Counted from the first letter of the stretch, positions 26,601 to 40,700 are shown. The stretch is 64,000 nucleotides of DNA from Trichosphaerium sp. ATCC 40318 (GCA_038496445.1 JALMLS010000215.1:253670-317669); one strand, 5' to 3'. Notes: generated by a model not told the origin, from the letters alone. A program made the numbers and translations.

Positions 26601-27676
26601 AAGGCGCGCTAATCTTTGTGCTTCTCTGTGTTTTTTGAGTTGCTCTTCTTCTTCAGCTAAACGACGCTCTTCCTCTTCTATACGTTTTCTCTCTGCCTCT
26701 GCTGCAGCCTTTTTGCGCTCTTGTTCAGCTTTGATTTGCGCTACACGCCCAGCCATACCACGTGGCTTTTTAGATTTTTTCCTGTTTGCAAAAAAATTAG
26801 TTTTTAACTCTTACATAACATAACACATAACAAACAATCAAGGAATGAACGTACTTTCTACCAGACGAGGCTTTCTTTTTGTTAGCAGGCGATTTCGTTT
26901 TTGTAGCTTTTTTAGCAGCTGATGTAGGTGACTTTTTTGCAGGACCGCCAAGACTAGCTCCTTTCTTTGGACCACCAAGACTCGACTTTTTAGGTCCTCC
27001 CAAGCTACCTCCACCGAGACTAGATCCTTTCTTTGGGCCACCCAAGCTTGCGCCGCCAAGGCTGGAACCCTTTTTAGGACCACCGAGACTTGCACCGCCG
27101 AGACTAGATCCTTTCTTTGGACCACCAAGACTTGAAGTTTTTCTAGGACCGCCAAGGCTTGCTCCACCGAGGCTGGATCCCTTCTTAGGGCCGCCTAGGC
27201 TCGCGCCACCAAGGCTTGATCCATTTCTAGGACCGCCAAGACTGGCACCGCCAAGACTAGAGCCTTTCTTTGGACCACCAAGACTTGATGTTTTTTTGGG
27301 ACCTCCAAGGCTCGCTCCACCAAGGCTGGACCCTTTCTTTGGGCCACCTAGGCTTGCTCCGCCAAGGCTGGAACCCTTTTTGGGACCGCCGAGACTTGCA
27401 CCGGTCTTAGGACTACCAAGACTAGTTTTAGGTGTTGCAGCTGGTTTTTTACCTAACGGCGTGTCAGAAGAAAAAAAACAAGAGAAGATTAAATGAAATA
27501 ACAGAACCAAAACTGTGGTTCGGTTTTTAACGCACCGAGGCTTGAACCAGACTTCTTGGGGCTTCCTACACCACGTCCTGAGGTTCGTTTAGCACATAAA
27601 TATTTATTTGGTCGTTTTGTCGCTTTGTACCTTTATTTTTTCTACCTTGATTTCTCTTGTTGCGTCTGCTTGACAT
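23695..27676 (-). CDS. EIF5B: Translation initiation factor eIF5B
   Basis: [64 protein letters not shown]; charged N-terminal extension containing SLGG repeats. Confidence 0.97.
26940..27425 (-). repeat. Coding tandem repeat (SLGGPKKGS / SLGGA units) in the eIF5B N-terminus
   Basis: 22 SLG(G/S) motifs within one exon; synonymous positions vary between units. Confidence 0.95.
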
Positions 27677-28237
27677 TGTTGATTATATTTCTTCTTCGTA
27701 GTCGATATTAACATACGCGTAATGCTTCGTTGGTTGGGGTTGTATCGCACACTGTGTATATGTACGTTGCGAATTAAGCCAGAAATCATGTAGCGAGAAC
27801 CTTCTCTCGCGTTTCTCTGTTCAGTGTTATTTGTCGAAAAAAACTAGAAAAATTGAACGGAGAAAGTTCAGTTTAGTAAGTCAACATTTTTAAAAGAAGG
27901 AATTAATGTCACTTTGTTTTTCTGACTTCACAAAAAATACAACCTGTGCATAGTATTATGTTTAATACGCAGACGAAATGTACCATCGTATTAAAAGGCA
28001 GCGAATTGCAGTTGGAGGTTAACAACGCTTCAAAAAAGTTAATAGCCATTTTTGTGTTTCGTTTTTAATTTCAAACTAGCTCTGTTTATTTGCTACAATA
28101 CAAATTAATAAATTAAAGGCGTGCTCCGGGTAATTCAGTTGCAAACTGGAAATAAAATGTCAGAACAACTGCAACGTGGCTGACTTTAGCAACTAGACCC
28201 ACGCTCGTATTCTTGATATACGCGCAACAAGATATAG

Positions 28238-28924
28238 TTAATCTACAACACCAGCTAAACAAAAGTTAAATTTGTTACGACTACAATTCAAATGAAATAA
28301 AAAAAAATACGATTAAAAATTGTAGCGTACCCAAGTTGCCTGTGTACGGTAAAGGTGCTGCAGTGTGGTATTCTGGAGGGACTGAAGGATACTGGTTTGG
28401 GTGTGGGTACAACCAATGTGTTACTTCAGCAGTAGGTGGTTCGTTTTGCGGGTTGTCCTCGTTGGATAAAATATCTTGTACTTCGGTGAATTCGTGTGGG
28501 TTTCGAACGTCGTAAGTGTAGGTGACAGAATTATCGTTGGTTACTTCCGTTACAGTGTGTGCGTGTTGTAATGCACGTGGATTCGCGCCAGATACTAAAT
28601 TAAAAAAAAAGCTTTAAAACGATGTAAGAACCTATCAAAACATTGCATTACGCGTTGTGGTTCGAGTTTTCCAAGTTTTACTCGAATTCTAACGCTTTAA
28701 AATAAATTTAGGTACTAACCTCTTTGGTGCCTGTTGTACATGCCCATATACATGGGTAGGAACTGTAAACACATATTTCGAGTTTGTTCCTCTTCTTCAA
28801 TGCTTACAAAATGTGTGGATTTCATTTCAGCCATACATTTCGAAAACAAGTATTGTGCCGCTGAGAGCTTTAGCTTGAGGAGGTTTTGTGCCCTTTCAAA
28901 ATTTCTTTGAGGTTGTCCTGCCAT
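28238..28924 (-). CDS. Hypothetical protein (Pro-rich C-terminus)
   Basis: MAGQPQRNFERAQNLLKLKL..; further open exon ..SGANPRALQHAH..YPHPNQYPSVPPEYH.. bounded by GT-AG introns; no recognisable family. Confidence 0.45.
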
Positions 28925-29765
28925 GTCTAGCAATGCCCCTTTGTTATGTACTATTTTAAGTAAAAAAGAGATACCTATATAGTTTATATTCTGATGTTTG
29001 AATATGCGAAAAGGTACAACCCGAACAATGATGCGGTAGCCACTCCATACCTCTATGCTTTGGAGTGATAGTATTCGATTTCCTTTTGACGTGCCAAATA
29101 GCAAATTGAGGAGTTCCGAAAATGCAATTAATTGTCCTAACCCCATTCTATCGCTTTAATTCCCAATAATAAGCGCGTGGACGGATTATCGTACTTCTCG
29201 AAAGTAATATACTACTTGCAACTTCTGGAAATACCTCGTTTTTTAATTTTGGCAAGTGCTGCAAAGTTTACACTAAATAGGTAACGGTGTGGTACACCTT
29301 CGGAAATGGACCGTTACTTTTCCTAAGCCTTAGTTGCTCACTGTGGGAAAGGTCAAGTCAAAATTTCCACAAAAGGCTACACAATTTTCCTTGACGGACT
29401 ACTTCCCCGCTGACCACTGCGTCTTTATTACCCTTCTGGGAACAAGTCCCAATGAAGGAAGATATAAAGTCCGTCTGACGAAAACCAAACCACGAGTGGA
29501 GAACCGACGAATTGCCAATTATATTTTTGTTGTTAGTTGAACACAATCCCAATTACAGCACATGTGACAAGTGCCGGTTGGAGAATGATACGTTAGCGTC
29601 ACATTTGTACTCTCAAACACGGCATAATATCGTAATAAGACAATATCTTCGGCGTTTTTTTGATTTTTTAAGTCCACCCCTGTTTTTCTTGCTTAACTTT
29701 GCGAAATTGACTTGCACTTGGGACTCTTTAAACAACTCGTAGAAGTACACCTGCTATTTGACAAA

Positions 29766-32700
29766 ATGTCAAAGCGTAAACGACCATCTTCAAGCTTGCC
29801 TCGTGGCCGTTCAGAAGTTGTTGCTGATGAAGAGGTTGTTAAGGTGTTCTTACGCTTTTTAACATGTTCATAGCCAAGGAGAAACGATGAAGAATTATTT
29901 TCACGCAAGGAAAAAAAACATGAGCAAAAAGAGGATAAATCAGCTAACCACCGCTCGTTCCACAATCTGTACCCGTCAAAAAAGCGAAAATTAACAATAA
30001 AGGAAGCCAAACAAGAACTAGCAGATAAAAGAGGTACTACGCGCAATTATGACTGAAGTTATTGCTGGTCATGCGAAAAATAACAAAAAAACTAAGAAAT
30101 CCACTTAAAAACCTTTGTCTGATTTCCCTGTGCAATATTTACGCGTACTAAGGCGTTTTAAGAACTTGGAAATGGATCTACTTAAATTAACTAAATTTTA
30201 GAGCGTAGAATAAAAGCTAGAAGGGAGCTTACTGGTGTGAATTACTTTGAGCCAACAAAGGCGGTATGTAAAAAGCTTACATGTTAATTTACAAAAATAT
30301 TGATTGGCGTTAAAAACAATTCATCACAACTGTAATAGGAGGCCGCAGAACTTGAAGCTTTTGTTGGCTATAAGCCAGGCGCCGTGCCGACGTCTATGCC
30401 AACCCTTGAGGGAGCAGTACGTTGCTTTACAATTAAGAAGCGGTTCTTCAATACTCATTGGCTTTTTGGTGTAGCATTTTGTAACGGACACTTGCTTAGT
30501 AATGGCTGTTGTGCATTACACTGGCGCTGACGAGATTAAAGTGGATTTACCTTTCGGTCACACTGGTATCTTGAAGCCAGACCAAGTTTCTGACGTGTTC
30601 TATGACTATATGAACAACGGACGGGTACAGCAATAGAATATAGTTTTTTCCGCTATTTGAACATTTCAAATTTAAATTAAACGGCCGTACAATAGGAAGG
30701 TGATTTGCCACTTGTAAGTGACTTATTGCCAAAAGGCACTGTATTGAATTGCTCCACTATTGTAAATAGAAATTCAGCAGCAGGTTAGAAAATAAGAGTT
30801 CATTCAAAAGCTTTTCAATTAAACTTGTTTTTTAAAGGTACAATCCATGTGTCTTGCAGAGAATCTATCATCAACGCTGGTGTACCACGTAAAGCGCTTA
30901 TAAAGAACTATGTGCGCACTACAACTACGGATTTTGTAAAGACTGATTGTATCTTGTTCTTAGAACATTTCTGGTTCTGTTAGATCTGTAGAAGATCATG
31001 GTGCTGTCATATCTCTAGGTATTAAGAACCTACAAGGATTCGTTATGACCAAGAATATTCCTCAAGACCTCAAAGTACGGTTACTACGCCAACACCTGAT
31101 GATGTTTTATTTTATTTGCTAACCCCATGATCCACTACAGTTACAAGTGGGCATGCCTGTTAGTTGTATAGTTATATCAGAGCCTTCCCCATCTGCTAAT
31201 GTTGTGGCCTTGAAAATACTTGATAGAGGTGTCGATGTTGCTGATGTAAAACCTGTAGCAACCGAATCATTACTTCACTTTAACGCAATCAGACCGGGCG
31301 TATACTTTTTGGTGGCTATCAGCGACTTTGTTAAACCTGGTGGTGTACGATAATTTCACTTGCTTGGCATACACTAACGTGTTTGTTTAAGCTTTGGGTG
31401 CACTTCTTGCCATACTTTGATGGATTACTTCCAGAACGACACATCCCACAACTGTATCGCCACGGTGAGAAACGCAACATTGAAGTTGGTCGGCAGGTGT
31501 TAGCACGTGTTGTTGCTGTCAATGCTGACACAAAACTGGTACGAACTAATTACTAGTATTATCGACTCAAACACTTTAGGTGTGGCTCACCATGCTGCCT
31601 CACTTATTAGAAAATAGAGCTCCAGAGTGGCATGGTTTGGCAGAAGGTTAGTGTTACCAAAACAGCGTAGTAATGATAAGCTTACTGGTTTTTAAGGCAA
31701 AATTGCACACAATCTAGAAGTGTACAGACGTGATCCTATTAAAGGCATAGCTGTTATAACCGATAAACGTATTAGAGGCTATGTCTATGTACGCTTTTAA
31801 GTCCATAATTACACCAATTGGTTGCGAGGCCTAACATACCATGTGTAGCGCCGTAATCTGCGTGATAGAGTGCCAGCTTCGTTTGACATACGAAAAAGCT
31901 TTCCAGTTGGCGAACTATTAAAAGGCCGTGTATTGTCACGTGACTTTTTGACAAACTTTATTGGCGTCTCCACAAGGAATTCTGATAGAAAAGCGAACAA
32001 ACTCCTCAACACAGAGATTGGTACTGGCGATGTGCTTACAGTGCGTGTCATCGATCACATACAAGACGACAAACGTCTGATTGTTGCAATCTCTCGACTG
32101 GCTACAGCGTACATTCCTTTTGACCAGTTGTACGAGCACAATAATAGACTGGCGTTTGCAGAAATTGTTGCACGGTTCCCAAAGCAACAACGTTTGAAAT
32201 GTCGTGTCCTCACAAAGAACGACTTTGTTCGTGGAGCATCCAAAATAAAGGCACGGTATTCGTATGGTCATCGATGCAGTAAGGAGCTAACTTACCTCAC
32301 TTTGTAGTTGACACACAAAACCACTATGGTCGAATCTCAGCTGGCCATTCTTGGTGCTGGTTTGCCTCTTTCAGAAGGCAACTGGGTACATTGTTTCATT
32401 ACAGCCAAGACTGAAGATACCATACAGTGCGCAATTACTTTTGTGTTTGATTTTTTAGTTGTGAACGATTTTCTATTATCAATTATGACAACATGTCAAA
32501 CTCACAACTGCCAGCGTGGAAGGATTCGATGGGATAAAAGGAGTTATTACCGGAAATCATATTGCTGGACCACGTGACATTGGTAAAGCGATGGTGTACT
32601 ACAATGTCGGCATGGTTGTAAAGGTATCGAACAATGCAATAGCACTGCTTACCAAATACTTACAATTGCGTACTTAGTGTCGCATATTGCCTCTGATCAA

Positions 32701-34237
32701 AAGACAGAAAGTGTTCCCTTTGAGTCTACGACAAGCTGATGAAGAGATGTACGCAAAAACGCACCTGTGTTCTTTTTGTACTTATTGCATTCACTTCAGG
32801 GCTGATGAGAAACTGAGTGCTTTGCAATCAATACCATTGGGAAGATTGTTGCACGCCACCATTATTGGCTTTTCAGAAGACGGCGTTGTATGTGAGACAG
32901 GTACACCCTTTCCATTGTTACAAAAGACTCTTGACAACTTACCACATGTTATAGAAGATGGATCTTCCGCTTTTATACCGAATGCTCATGTCACCGACTT
33001 TCCTCAATTTGAAGGTACGCACTTTTTTTTGAAACCCCTTTGACAACATGAAACGTATCAATGCTCATTTTTTGAAAGATGGCGCAAAGGCCAAGTTCAA
33101 GGCGGGTGACTTTGTATATGACCTCGTCTTCCTCGACTTGGACTACACTACAGAACCACCAACGATTATACTATCTAACAAAACGTTGCTGCGCAATCAC
33201 GTCCGTGACTTGGACAACTACGACCAGGAGGGCGCTATCCTACCCGGCTATGTACGGTTTTTACACAACTTTTTGTGAGCCTGCCGTTTCTATGCTAACA
33301 ATTTGCGCGCAGGTACACGAGATTGAAGAGAACACACTAGATATCCGCTTCCTTGGAAAAAACACCCTGACGTGCACGCTCAAGCGATTTTCATCAGTGT
33401 CGTTTAACAGCAGCACGGATCTGGCGCTTCTGGCTCAGGAAGGGCAGACTGTAATCGCAAAAGTAATCAAGCTCAAAAGTGGATCACTACAAGCAGATTT
33501 GCGATTACCTGCCTGCTACGACAAAAAGTACAACTACTTGCAAGCCTTTATGGAAGAAAGCGATCGCGTACAGGTTCAACATCCGGCCATCAACTGGTCT
33601 GTCTATAAACAAGGACAAAGGTACCTCAAATATTCACTTTATAACAGGCAATATACTGATTGAGAGTGTTAGAGTCAACGCCAAGGTAAAGACCATCACC
33701 AAAGTTGGTTCATTTGCTACTTGCGCTGAGGGCAATCTATCAGCGTTTGTACATCCACAGCAAACTGGGACCGATGTTAAGGCCGGACAAACAAGAACAT
33801 GCTGCATTCTCGATGTTAATTTTGACAAGAAGCTCCTTGATATTTCTCTAAATACAGCGCTTACGGCACGTAATTCAATAAGAATTAGGTGATCGCTAAC
33901 AGTAGATGCAGGAAGGCGAGGTTACGGAATTTGAAAACTTACCGTCATTGAACAAACGCGTGCAGTGTACTGTTGAGCTGGTAAAGCGAGGCTATGTCGT
34001 CATACGTCTACACGAGAAATACCACAGGTGCGTCCACGCTATGAGTTGTTGCCTCCACTCACCCCATTCTGCAGGAACGGCAATCCAGTGATTGGGTATG
34101 CAACAGAGATTGACTACAACAACAGCTTGTACATGGATCATCTCCGTCGTTACAAAATCGGACAGACAGTCAAAGCGCGCGTAGTGCAACTTGAGCCAAA
34201 GGTACTACTCGACAATTTAAAGTACGGCGCGAAGTGA
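29766..34237 (+). CDS. RRP5: RRP5-like tandem S1-domain protein, lacking the C-terminal HAT/TPR region
   Basis: N-terminal LPRG, VDLPFGHTG, GSVRSVEDHGAVISLGIKNLQGF, LTHKTTMVESQLAIL and repeated S1-like units; stop at 34237 followed by AATAAA. Confidence 0.8.
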
Positions 34238-34908
34238 TACAAAGAAAGATTTCGCGTTTTGTATTGATTGCAAACAATAAAAATAACTGTATTGTAACTC
34301 TAAGAATCGTGGTTGTGAAATATTCATGTTTAGAAGAAGTCAAGAAAGACGGAATGGATGATTAACAGTGTTTTTATTTTTGACCTTTGTGGTTCTTTTC
34401 TTTGTCTGTCAACTGGTCTTGGTCCCGATAGTATTGTAGCACTCTTCATCTGTTGCGCCTTTGTGCGTGATGCCTGAATCTGGTAAGAATATAGGAAGCG
34501 AGATTTTGAAAAAACAAGAGAAAGAATTTTTAATTTGCTTCAGTAGAACAATAATTATAATCAATAAACTTCAGGCCTATCCAGGTGTGTTTCTAAATGT
34601 CTTCATTCACAGGTTTTTCTCTGTACAAAAATGACCGCTAACATCACGTACCAGGTATCTAGGGAATGCTGAGAGGTAAATCCGCGCGTGCTGTGCGGTT
34701 TGCGCTTCGCTGGCGCTTGTACTGCGGCTGTAGTTGGTAGCTTGCGCTATAAAATCTACAACATAAGGTTGCTTTGTAGTTTGTGCATTTGATGCATTGG
34801 TTGAGGGAGTTTGATAAAGTAAAAAATGCAACGGATAGAAAAAGTCTCTAGATGTCAAACAATCAAAATTTTTTTTGTAGCGTCTGTCAGGCGCCAAAAT
34901 CTTTGTCT

Positions 34909-37616
34909 ATGAGCGAACACGATGGCAATGAAGTTGCATTCGTTGCAGAGCTGTCAGAAGCGTGTGACGCCCTTGTTCAATGTGAAGTGCGCCCAGAGGC
35001 TTGCAAGGAGTGGGTAATAGGTACATGGGTGGTAACGTTTCATTATTTAACCTTTTACAGTTACAATTCAAGAATATGTAGCACAAAGTGTGCGTCCAAG
35101 GTGCTTCGCAGCGTTGCGTACATCAGTTGTAAAAGTACGTCACTTAAAAACAATAATTAATTAACCACCTCGTTACACTCAAAATGCGCCTTAGAATACG
35201 CTACCAGACACATTGCTGGCGGTTTTTTCGCTTTTGGACGAATTTATGATAATGTTGGAGCGTGGTCCAATTGCCACAATTTGGACATCCACTACTGATC
35301 GTCGCAACGCCATGAGCGAAATACAACGTACAATAGAAGCGGCATTTTATACAAAATGGCTCATCTCACTCATTCGCCGCTACTTTGGGCATGTACTTTC
35401 GTCTATATGCGACGAGGACGAGGCTGATCAAACGCGTGGTTCAACACCGAGCCAGACATACAAAGAGCTCGCAGTTCGGATGAGAAGCGTTGGGATTATG
35501 AACATTTGCGAATCCGAAGTGCGCGCAGTTGCAACAGCTAAAATAGATGAGCATTTGACGCAAGTGGCAAAACAACAATTTGACGATCCGCTTTTGGCTC
35601 AACTCAGACAATGGCTAAATGACGTCGTATTTCAATTTTTGTCGGTGGTTGTAGGTGGTGATGATGAAGACACATTGGTACAGTGGAAGGTACATTGTCA
35701 AGAAATTTAACATGTTGTAGGAAAAACGATAAAAAACTAGTTTCCTTTTTGGTATTTTTCTTTTTTTGTTTTTGGCGTCACCACTCACTCCCTTGTTCTC
35801 TCTGTACAGAACAGAATAGAATCATACTTTTACGAATCTTTCGCACGACTGCGTATCGGTGAGATATTCGATATTATCAAACAGTGTGTCTACGAAGATG
35901 ACTTGCCCGCCTTGGAAGACTTGGAGATTGCATTGCGCCAAGCAAATATGTATCACGTGTTATTAAAAGCGGTGCAACGAGACATACGAGAAAGGTACTA
36001 CAATTTACTTACGCATCCTCAATGCTAAGACCTCCAAAAGGCTATTGGTTGTTGGCGCGAACACTGTTTCCGTTCTTCAAACTTATGTGGCGACGATAAA
36101 GGTCCTAAGGTAAGTAATCTTTTATTTTGTTGTAGTATAGATTAGTCTAAGTCCTAATCTTGTATTAGACGTATAGCTGGTGGACAGGCGTTGGTGGATA
36201 TCATCTCATCACCAATCAAACAACACCTCAAATCGAGGAAGGATACGATAAGGGCGATTGTCGGCATGATCACCAGCGACCAGGGCGCAGACATGCTGGA
36301 AGAGCTTGCAGTTTCATCAAATGTGGCACCTGGTTACTGGGAACAGACAATCGTCGCAACACAGGGCACACAATTTTCACAAGGTACGCATTGCACCCTT
36401 CATATTTTCTACTCGAATACTTGTTTTATTGTCCCAGTTGTTAACTCCTTGCACTAGAACGTGACACAATCTCGCTGTTGATAGATATTTATGGTAGCGC
36501 AGACTCGTTTATAGACGAATATACAAATCTTCTTAAGGACCGATTACTTCAAATTACAGACTTTGATACAAGCCGTGAAGTTCGCAACATTGAGCTATTA
36601 AAGTGCAAGTTTGGTGAAACAAGCTTCGACAAGTGTCAAGTTATGCTCCGCGATCTGACAATATCTAAACGCATCAACGCCTTTGTCAAACAGCTCATGA
36701 AAAAACCAACATCGGGAGCAGACAAAGAGAACGTCTTATGTTCTGGAGTAGAGTACTTGAACGCCACAATCATTTCTCGACTGTACTGGCACAATGTCAA
36801 ACCGCAACAGCTTAACCTCCCACAACATATTCACGGGTATATTGACCACTTTCTCGAGCATGGTGTTAATATTTACTCTTCTTGTAGTGCGATGGAGGCC
36901 TTTGAATCTGGATACAGGAATCAGATGCCGTCGCGCAAGTTGCAGTGGGTTCCTCAAATAGGGCAGGTAGATTTGGACCTGGAGCTGGCAGGCGAAACTG
37001 TATCGCTCACTGTGGCACCAGCACAGGCATCTATCATAAGTTTATTCTCAGAAAAAGGTATGGCTTGTGCTTTGAACACCATGTTGTGGCGTGCGTGCTT
37101 GTAACATAATTTTTTCTTTTAGAACATTGGTCGCTAGCAGATATTGCTCAAGCCAGTGGTCTAGATCCAGTTGTAGCAAAACGAAATTGCATGTACTGGG
37201 TCAACGCTGGCTTTGTTCGTACTTCACCACCCGATGGGTTTGAGTTGGTGGACACCATCGACACTGAAAGTAACAGAAATGCAGACTGTACGTTTTGATA
37301 TTAGAGCGATTTTTTTATTTTCACGAACCATCAACGATTGCGTTGTACTGACATTAATCGCTATGAAGCATCGTACATGGAAGAACAGCAGGGACCTGAA
37401 GAGGAACAAGAAGATCCTATGCAAGGTCTTATTACAAACTACGTGACAGCTATGGTTTCTAATAGTGGTCCTAAATCGTTGGGTCAGATGCAGATGATCT
37501 TGTCCGGCATTGTCCCAGGCTACACCAAAGAACCAGCAGACTTGAAGCGAATACTCGACGGGCTAGTAAAACAACATAAGCTCAGTTCTTCGGCTGGGAT
37601 GTACGGCCCGATTTAA
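34909..37616 (+). CDS. ANAPC2: Anaphase-promoting complex subunit 2
   Basis: LRIGEIFDII, RKDTIRAIV, IYGSADSFIDEYTNLLKDRLL..ELLKCKFGE..CQVMLRD..SKRIN, SRKLQW, C-terminal winged helix. Confidence 0.95.
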
Positions 37617-37786
37617 AGCCGCCAAATAAACTGTACATGTAATCCAAACCACGCAATAGATTCACATCGCACTCGCCGCAAGTACTTGTGATCAAAGAAC
37701 GTTTTTCTGCGTGTTGAGAAATAAAATTCTCAAAAAGTCTCCATCCATCCCATAAGCTACTAAGCATCGTAACAGTACGCCTGGTA

Positions 37787-40700
37787 ATGGCCAAACTCGT
37801 TTCTTTCTTTCGTACACCTGGATTGACAGACGCCGACATTAATGCGCTACGTACAAAGGTGTGTAGCGTATTACAAGGCACTGGTAACGCCTTGGTTGGG
37901 TTAGAAACAGAATATCGCTTCTATGTACAAGTTAGCGAAACTTTTACCGCCGAACAAACCGAAAAGTTACGCTGGCTACTAGTAGAGACATTTGAGCCAG
38001 AGAAATTCAACACGGAAACTTTTCTCGTGCGCAATTATCAAGAAATGTAGAATAACTGTCACAGCGACTAAAAAAGTAAATTGTAGGCTACTGGCGACCA
38101 AAAAAAAGACGTGTACGCTACTGTTGTCGAAATAGGGCCACGCCTGAATTTCACAACTGCTTGGTCCACCAACGCTGTCACAATATGTCAAGCATGTGGT
38201 CTTGACATCCAACGCATGGAAAGATCACGCAGATTTCGTATTGTAACAAAGGTACTTTACGTTACAAACCAACATGCTCGTTAACCATTCTAAACAAAAG
38301 GCTCCCCTCGATCCGCAACACTTGTCCGCAATACAAGCATCTGTACATGACAAAATGACAGAGTGTGTTTACACATCCCCATTGACCACGCTTACATCTC
38401 CTCTCAAGCCAGAGGTACGCCATGTTCCAACACAAAGGATTTGTAAGGTATTAATATTAATCTTACTTTTCTCTTGACAGAAATGGAGTCACGTCGCTGT
38501 TATGGAGGAAGGTCCAGAAGCGATTTCTAAGATAAACAAGAGTTTGGGATTGGCATTCGACGATTGGGACATTGACTATTACTACCGCCTCTTCCATGAC
38601 AAGCTCAAACGGAATCCTACCACTGTAGAGCTCTTTGACCTAAGTCAATCTAACAGCGAGCACTCTCGTCACTGGTTCTTCAAAGGAAAAATAGTGATTG
38701 ACGGTAAGGAGATGCCAGGCTCCCTCATGGACATGCTTCAAACAACACTGACAGCAAACCACACCAACAGGTAAACCCTCTCTCTTCTTTGAAACGCAAG
38801 TAAGCGTACTGACAAGCGATGCAGTGTAATCGCATTCAAAGACAACTCCTCGGCCATTCGTGGTTACAGCGTACCTATGCTGCTACCTCGTACCCCTGGT
38901 AAAGTGTGTGCTCTTACTGAACAACAAAAATACAATCACATCATATTCACCGCTGAAACACACAATTTTCCAACCGGTATTGCTCCATTCCCAGGCGCAG
39001 GTAAACTTGTTTTTGACTGAATTTACATCGGCCTCGCACTAACTCTGTTGGCTATAGAAACTGGAACTGGTACTTGAACACCTCCACCTTGATTCAGCGA
39101 CGTATGTGCGCAATTAACACAATTAACAGGAGGCAGACTCAGAGATACCCATGCGACAGGCAAAGCTTCATTACCGGTTGCAGGAACAGCAGGCTACTGC
39201 GTTGGTAACCTTAACATCCCAGACTATCCGTTGCCTTGGGAGCACAAGCTAGAATATCCTTCCAACCTTGCCTCACCACTACAGATTGAAATTGACGCAA
39301 GTAATGGTGCAAGCGACTACGGCAACAAATTTGGTACAGCAACAAACATTGCATAGCACAAACAACTAGCTCACACTCCCCAACAGGCGAGCCTCTTATC
39401 AATGGTTTCACAAGAAGCTTCGGTCTATCGCTACCTGATGGAGAGCGCAGGTACGAACCCAATACATCAGCTATTGCTTTCTTTGGGTTGTAATCACTAA
39501 CTTGTTGCTTCCTGTTAGAGAGTGGATCAAACCAATCATGTTTTCGGGCGGTATTGGCTTTATTGGATCAGAGAACGTCGTCAAGGGAGAACCCGAGATC
39601 GGCATGCTTGTTGTAAAGCTTGGAGGGCCAGCTTATCGTATAGGTATTGGTGGAGGAGCAGCATCGTCTATGCTTCAGGCACGATCGCCAGAATAACTAG
39701 AGAACAGCGCACAACTAATATCTAAGCTGTAGGGAGAAAATGAACAAGGCCTCGACTTCAATGCTGTTCAGCGTGGAGACGCTGAAATGGAACAAAAGGT
39801 GAATCGCGTCATTAGAGCTTGTTCTGAATTGGGAGACGGTAATCCTATCGTCTCTATTCACGACCAGGGTGCAGGTGGTAATGGAAACGTACTCAAAGGT
39901 GCGCAATTAGTTCACTATGTGATTGCTTTGTTATTTACTCGTCACTCGTTTAGAGATTGTGGAACCACTCGGTGCCAAGATTGATCTACGCAACATTCTA
40001 GTCGGCGACAAGTCTCTCAGTGTCCTCGAAATATGGGGCGCTGAGTATCAAGAAGCAGACGCTCTCCTCATACGTCCAGAGTCGAAAGAGTTGTTCTCTA
40101 GTATCTGCGAAAGGTACCTACCCTGATAACAAATTGTTTTGATTGTTGTTTATTAAAACTTGTATCATAGGGAAAGCTCTCCATTTGCTATTGTAGGTGT
40201 TGTAACGGGCGATGGCCGTGTCACCCTCTACGACTCAACTGTAAGGATACCACCACTGCATTTATTGCTGACATGTGTGTTTGCCTCTAGGATGACACTT
40301 CGCCATTTGACTTGCACTTGGACGATGTATTGGGCAAGATGCCACGCAAAACATTCTCATCGGATAGCTACACGCCTAAACTTACGCCATTCAAGTTCAG
40401 CGACGGTAACAGCCCTACTGTTATGGAAAGTCTGGATCGCGTTTTGCGGTTGCTCAGCATTGGTTCGAAACGCTTTCTGACAACCAAAGTGGACAGGTGT
40501 GTCACCGGTTTGATTGCACAACAACAGTGTGTCGGACCGCTCCACATACCCCTCTCTGATTATGCAGCCATCGCACACTCTTACACATCCACTCGTGGCG
40601 CTGCTACAGCTGTAGGAGAGCAGCCTATCAAGGGCCTTTTGGATCCAGCAGCTATGGCTCGGTTAACAGTCGGTGAAGCACTCACAAATCTGGCCTGGAT

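Noticed and set aside
26879-27496. 205-aa Pro-rich ORF on the + strand
   Set aside because: Antisense shadow of the eIF5B SLGG repeat.
29150-29720. Possible structured ncRNA (RNase P/MRP-like GGGAAAGGTC) upstream of RRP5
   Set aside because: No matching P4/CR-V partner or snRNA signature found by eye; an Infernal/Rfam scan would be needed.
13156-34237. Functional cluster of ribosome-related genes (RRP15, eIF5B, RRP5)
   Set aside because: They are interspersed with unrelated genes and share no visible motif; compatible with chance in a gene-dense genome.
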